Assembly: GCA_022844165.1 (NCBI GenBank)
Contig: JALHMH010000004.1
Location: 64,001-128,000, forward strand
Source: Lysobacterales bacterium
Lineage (GTDB): Bacteria > Pseudomonadota > Gammaproteobacteria > Xanthomonadales > SZUA-5
Length of the DNA stretch: 64,000 bases
Direction of reading: 5' to 3'
The notes under the pieces are model-generated. The model worked only from the letters and a program-made list of their open reading frames with translations, did no database searches and was not told the DNA's origin. Shown piece after piece: positions 59,463 through 64,000 of this stretch (positions are counted from its first letter, which is position 1; each line of letters opens with the position of its first letter). The translations under genes and the position numbers were made by a program.

Positions 59463-61772
59463 ATGCTTCTTGGCAAACATGTTGCCCTTGCTCTGCTTGC
59501 AATATCAGCTGCAAGCGCGATCGAAGCCATGAATCCCGCGCGCTCGGCGGGTATCGGTGGCGTAGCGCCGGCCCCACGGCCCGATGGGAGCAACGTGCTG
59601 CTTTACGGCCAGTTCGATGGACCGTCGGGCAACGGCGTGCCCGACCAGGATTTCGAAGCCTCATTCAATGCCTTCGACGCATGGGCCGCTGACGATTTTG
59701 TGGTGCCTGCCGGAACAACGTGGTTAGTCGATGAAGTACGTACGGTCGGTACAACAGGGACCCCCGGCGGCGCCACGGTCAGCGTGACGTTCTATGCGAA
59801 TTCGCCGGGTGGTGGCGATCCGGATTTGCCCGGTGCTGCCGTACCCGGCTGTAGCTACACGGGCCTTGTACCCACCGATGTGGCCGGGTCGTTTACGATT
59901 GTGCTGCCAACGGTGTGTTCGCTGGCGGCCGGTGCCTACTGGGTCGGTATCCAAACCGCGCAGAACGTTGCTTCATTCGGCCAGCACTTCTGGTCGAATC
60001 GTACCGTGCAAACCGGGTCTGAGGCCGTTTGGCGAAATCCAGGCGATGGATTCGCGACCGGCTGTCTCGATTGGGAGCCGCAGACCGAATGTGGCGTTGG
60101 AGGTGGCGCCGCGCCGGATCTGTTGTTTCAGATTTTCGGCAATGTCGGTGGTGCGGATCTGGCTTTGGCGTTGACCGACACGCCGGATCCAGTCGTTGCC
60201 GGAGCATCAATGACGTACACGGCGACGCTCACCAACCATGGCCCGAGCGCCGCGTCCGATGCTGCGCTCAGTTTGCCGATGGCAGCGGGCACAGGTTTCG
60301 TTTCTGCGGTCGCCACCGGCGCGACTTGCACCACACCAGCGGTGGGTGCGAACGGCACGTTAGCCTGTACATGGACGGGCGTAACGGGCATTGGTGCTGG
60401 AAATGCGCGCACCGCAACGATCACCGTCTCGGTCCCGGCAAGCGCCGCGGCTGGAACGGTCTTCAGCGTCACCGGTACGGTTTCCTCGCCAACGTCGGAC
60501 TCGACACCGGGCAACAATCAGGCTACGACTACGACCACTGTGGCAACGTCAGCCGACCTGTCCATGACGCTGATCGACAACCAGGATCCGGTGACTGCCG
60601 GTGCGGCTCTCACCTACACAGCAACGGCGATCAACAGCGGACCGTCGGATGCTCAGGATGTTGCAATCAGCTTGCCGGTCCCCGTCAATACCACGCTGGT
60701 CAGTGCCAGCGGCGGAACGTGTGTTGCAACCACTTGCACGTTCTCCGGGGCCACCGCGCCTAACGCCATTCGTGTTGCGACTTATGTGTTCACGGTCTTG
60801 CCTTCGGCCACCAATGGCAGCACGATTTCGGCCTTGGCGTCGGTGAATTCGACCACCAACGATGCGAATCCAGCCAACAACTCGGCGCCAGCGACGACCG
60901 CCGTGACTGCGAGCGCTGATCTGGCCGCGGGTCTTACTCTCTCGCCTATACCTGCGACGGCGGGAACGAACCTGATCTACACTGCAACGGTCGCTAACCT
61001 GGGTCCATCCGACGCGCAGAACGCGCAAATCAGTTTGCCCCTGCCAGCAGGGACCAGCTTAGTGTCTGCATCGGGTTTGGGTGCCAGTTGCTCCGGCACA
61101 AACTCGGTGGTCTGCGTATTTGCCGGAGCCACAGCAGCTAACATTGCCCGCACCGCAACCGTCACGGTATTGGTCGCGCCGGGTGTGGCCAATGGCGCCG
61201 CACTGTCGGCCACCCATACGGTGTCGTCGGCCACGCCTGACCCTGTCAATTCCAACAATGCTGTTTCGGCAACGGTAGAGGTGACTGCCAGCGCCGATTT
61301 GGCATTGACGCTAAACGCCTCATCGGTCGACACACCGCCGAATGTGCCAGTGACCTTCACTGCGGTGAGTGCCAATTTGGGACCGAGCGACGCGCAGAAC
61401 CTGTCGATATCGACGGTACTGAGTCCGGACTTCCGGTTCGGTACCGTAACTCCGGGCGCCGGTGGTGCCTGTACGGCGCCTCAAGCCGGGCTGCCTGGCA
61501 CGGTGACCTGCACCTATGCCGGTGCGACAGCATCAAACGCATCGCGGACGATGCTCGTCACAGCAGCGGCGATGGTCGATGGTGTGACCACCATCAACGC
61601 CAGCACAACGTCGGCAACGAGCGATCCGGTCACCGCCAATAACGCGGCGAGCGTATCGATGCGTGCTGGCTTCCCGTTTGAGGCGATTCCGGTCAACAAC
61701 CGGCTGGCGCTAGTGCTGATGGCCGTGCTGCTTGGCGGTTTGGGTCTGGCCGTGGTTCGCCGCAACGGCTGA
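59463..61772 (+). CDS. Surface protein with four DUF11 repeats and an IPTL-CTERM-like sorting signal
   Basis: Signal peptide; AADDFVVP N-domain; four ADL......PV..G..TYT....N.GPS.A repeats; C-terminal IPVNN.LAL.L...L...G....RR. Confidence 0.88.
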   Translation: MLLGKHVALALLAISAASAIEAMNPARSAGIGGVAPAPRPDGSNVLLYGQFDGPSGNGVPDQDFEASFNAFDAWAADDFVVPAGTTWLVDEVRTVGTTGTPGGATVSVTFYANSPGGGDPDLPGAAVPGCSYTGLVPTDVAGSFTIVLPTVCSLAAGAYWVGIQTAQNVASFGQHFWSNRTVQTGSEAVWRNPGDGFATGCLDWEPQTECGVGGGAAPDLLFQIFGNVGGADLALALTDTPDPVVAGASMTYTATLTNHGPSAASDAALSLPMAAGTGFVSAVATGATCTTPAVGANGTLACTWTGVTGIGAGNARTATITVSVPASAAAGTVFSVTGTVSSPTSDSTPGNNQATTTTTVATSADLSMTLIDNQDPVTAGAALTYTATAINSGPSDAQDVAISLPVPVNTTLVSASGGTCVATTCTFSGATAPNAIRVATYVFTVLPSATNGSTISALASVNSTTNDANPANNSAPATTAVTASADLAAGLTLSPIPATAGTNLIYTATVANLGPSDAQNAQISLPLPAGTSLVSASGLGASCSGTNSVVCVFAGATAANIARTATVTVLVAPGVANGAALSATHTVSSATPDPVNSNNAVSATVEVTASADLALTLNASSVDTPPNVPVTFTAVSANLGPSDAQNLSISTVLSPDFRFGTVTPGAGGACTAPQAGLPGTVTCTYAGATASNASRTMLVTAAAMVDGVTTINASTTSATSDPVTANNAASVSMRAGFPFEAIPVNNRLALVLMAVLLGGLGLAVVRRNG

Positions 61773-61782
61773 GGATTTACGC

Positions 61783-61844
61783 CTGGCGTGGCTTCGCCTC
61801 AGACCGCCGAGCATGGCCGGCCAACAGCGAACTTGCCATAACCC
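61783..61844 (+). repeat. Left-end fragment of dispersed repeat
   Basis: CTGGCGTGGCTTCGCCTCAGACCGCCGAGCAT...ACTTGCCATAACCC. Confidence 0.75.
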
Positions 61845-61851
61845 CACGTCG

Positions 61852-62523
61852 TCAATCCATGACTATCGCGCGACGCATTGCAGCAATCGTGGCGCGATAG
61901 TCAGCGGCTCCGAAAATGGCGGAGCCAGCGACAAAGGTGTCGGCGCCAGCGGCGCTCGCCGCACCGATGTTGTCGATTTTGATGCCGCCATCGACTTCCA
62001 GGCGAACCGCGCGACCGCTGGCATCGATGCGTTCTCTGACGGCACGGATCTTGTCGAGCGCGCCCGGGATAAACGACTGTCCGCCAAATCCGGGATTGAC
62101 TGACATGATCAACACCAGATCGATCCGATGCAGCGTGTGATCGAGCCAGTGCAGCGGTGTTGCGGGATTGAATACCAGACCGGCGTGCAGACCCTGGTCG
62201 GCGATCAGGCCCAGGGTACGATCGATGTGCTCGCTCGCCTCCGGGTGGAAGCTGATCAGACTTGCGCCCGCTTTGGCGAAGTCGGGAATGATGCGATCAA
62301 CCGGCTTGACCATCAGATGCACATCGATCGGCGCGGTGATCCCATGTTTGCGCAAAGCCTCACAGACCAGCGGGCCGATCGTCAAATTCGGAACATAGTG
62401 ATTGTCCATCACATCGAAGTGCACCCAATCGGCGCCGGCGTCGAGTACGGCGCGAGTGTCTTCGCCCAAACGTGCAAAGTCGGCGGACAGAATGGATGGC
62501 GCGATAACAGGGCTTTGTTTCAT
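61852..62523 (-). CDS. rpe: Ribulose-phosphate 3-epimerase
   Basis: [52 protein letters not shown]. Confidence 0.98.
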   Translation of the reverse strand: MKQSPVIAPSILSADFARLGEDTRAVLDAGADWVHFDVMDNHYVPNLTIGPLVCEALRKHGITAPIDVHLMVKPVDRIIPDFAKAGASLISFHPEASEHIDRTLGLIADQGLHAGLVFNPATPLHWLDHTLHRIDLVLIMSVNPGFGGQSFIPGALDKIRAVRERIDASGRAVRLEVDGGIKIDNIGAASAAGADTFVAGSAIFGAADYRATIAAMRRAIVMD

Positions 62524-62647
62524 GATTTCGGGTGATCGATTTGTATTGCTCCAGCATAGACAAATCGCTCAATGGATATGTCGCGCCTGCGCAATCGTTG
62601 GCAGAATCTGCCGGCCGCCGATGGCCGCATAGAACGGGAGCAATACG

Positions 62648-63163
62648 ATGTCGGACGCTTCGTACGTCGAATGTGTGGCGCCGGGCGCGGCGCTGCAATT
62701 CATGACCCGCAACGACTGGTTTATCGACGCGCTGCGCCGCCTTGTCCGGATCGCACCGCAGAACGAAACGATCTCGATTCTGGCCGCGCTGAGTTGGCAG
62801 CAAGAAATCTTGCACGACTACGGTGGGTACGCGGAATGCGAGCGCGTCTGTTCTTTCCACGCCGCGAACGCACGACCCGCGGCAGCGGCGATTCGCGAGT
62901 TTGTGGGTTGGTGCGAGAAACACGCCGAAGAGGCAGTTCGTGCGATAGAAGGCGTGTATGGCAAACCGGAGCACTTGCTGGATGCGATCGGCGCCCGGTT
63001 GGCGCGCAAAAACCCGCAAAACGAGTCTGTCGGTGGCGAAGAGGGCGATAGCTATGAGTTTTTCTTCGATGTGCTCGAGAGCATTGGCGTGATGCTGGAA
63101 CGCGCCGCTGCGCAAGAGCAAACTGTGCGCTACGCGACTCGGAGGAATCGGGACTGGGAGTAG
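62648..63163 (+). CDS. Hypothetical protein
   Basis: SD GGGAG before ATG; 171-aa protein-like ORF, no recognised motif. Confidence 0.6.
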   Translation: MSDASYVECVAPGAALQFMTRNDWFIDALRRLVRIAPQNETISILAALSWQQEILHDYGGYAECERVCSFHAANARPAAAAIREFVGWCEKHAEEAVRAIEGVYGKPEHLLDAIGARLARKNPQNESVGGEEGDSYEFFFDVLESIGVMLERAAAQEQTVRYATRRNRDWE

Positions 63164-63387
63164 CGGGCAGCGCGCGTGCGCATCCAGCATCGATCGTCCG
63201 TCGATCGGTCAATCTTCTGCAATGCACATATGTAACGCAGTCGCGTTCGCAACTGCCAAAGTGCTTGCACTATCACTCCTGATCCCGCCCCGGAACGTCG
63301 ACTGGCGCGAGACCTTCGCGGTCGACGACGACCCGCGACGACTTCGCAAGTACGGCGCCGAACATTCGACCAGCTCGTCGCGTTCGG

Positions 63388-64000
63388 TCACTGCGTCTGG
63401 CAGCGCGTTTGTGTTGGTCCCGCGTAAATGAATCGCTCGATGGTTTTGCTCTGCGTCATGCCATCCAGCGTGTAGCTGAAGGTGCCACGCTCGCCGTTGC
63501 TGAAGCTCAAGGTGGCCGATCCGACCGTTGGCAGCGGGAACAGGGTCGCTGCATTGCCGTTGATCAGGTTGAACGGCGTTCCACTTTGGGGGCGCGTCAG
63601 TGCGCCGGCAAACCTGCCATCCGCACCACGCTGTAACAAGCCGCTGAGCCACATCGGACGCCCATCGTTGGCGTAGGTGTACCACGCGGCGAAGATCGAG
63701 TCGCCGCCTTCAGTAAGTTGCACGCCCCAGCCAGATTCGGCGGGATTCCACCAGGTATCGCTGCGGTTCTGATCGCCAGCACGCGAGCCTTCGACGAAGA
63801 TGCAGGCGGCAATCGATCCGGGAGAAATCCGGGTCATCGACTTGGTTTGGGTCACGCCGCCAATCGTGTATTCGAACAACAACCGACCATTGTCCTGCTC
63901 GCGAAATCGTGCACTGCCGATTTGTGAGCTTTGGCCGTCGATTGGGCCGTTGATTCGATCGAAAGGCGTGCCCGTAAACGAGAGAATGTTTCCGCCGTAG
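63388..64000 (-). CDS. 3' end of a protein with tandem WWNPxESGWG domains (start beyond window)
   Basis: Frame open to the window edge; DTWWNPAESGWGVQL...FAAWYTY...G.P.WL; repeated GTPF..ING...IG.A motif. Confidence 0.8.
   Translation of the reverse strand, partial: YGGNILSFTGTPFDRINGPIDGQSSQIGSARFREQDNGRLLFEYTIGGVTQTKSMTRISPGSIAACIFVEGSRAGDQNRSDTWWNPAESGWGVQLTEGGDSIFAAWYTYANDGRPMWLSGLLQRGADGRFAGALTRPQSGTPFNLINGNAATLFPLPTVGSATLSFSNGERGTFSYTLDGMTQSKTIERFIYAGPTQTRCQTQ

Noticed and set aside
63222-63431. 69-aa plus-strand ORF with a protein-like patch (NVDWRETFAVDDDPRRL)
   Set aside because: No SD, overlaps the convergent gene's end, and no recognisable family.

Overview
GC-rich bacterial chromosomal segment; gene content and order suggest a Lysobacterales/Xanthomonadales-like gammaproteobacterium (inference). 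Left to right: (1) an accessory signalling/secreted-protein region (1-14 kb) with two Ser/Thr kinases, a kinase-coupled ECF sigma factor, a 1.4k-aa Ig-repeat surface protein and deletion remnants; (2) an aspartate aminotransferase-type gene, mdh, an ATM1-type exporter and a hybrid kinase; (3) an Rrf2-sufBCDS operon and a Fur-boxed Fe3+-binding protein; (4) a tricorn protease and an ABC pair; (5) a heme-binding lipoprotein/beta-barrel/decaheme cytochrome operon; (6) recR-ybaB-dnaX and smpB-ratA-rnfH; (7) an FNR-boxed cbb3 oxidase cluster; (8) a DUF11 protein and rpe. The most striking signal, absent from the ORF track, is a compact transcription unit at 34496-34735. It encodes a 78-aa SEC-C zinc-binding protein only if read through three successive +1 frameshifts at prfB-like (SD - 3 nt - UUU-U/C) sites. 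Other notable items are a dispersed ~250-bp hairpin-rich repeat family (up to 7 copies or fragments) and twin outward-facing ECF-type promoters flanking the ECF/kinase pair. All calls come from reading the sequence by eye; no searches were run.
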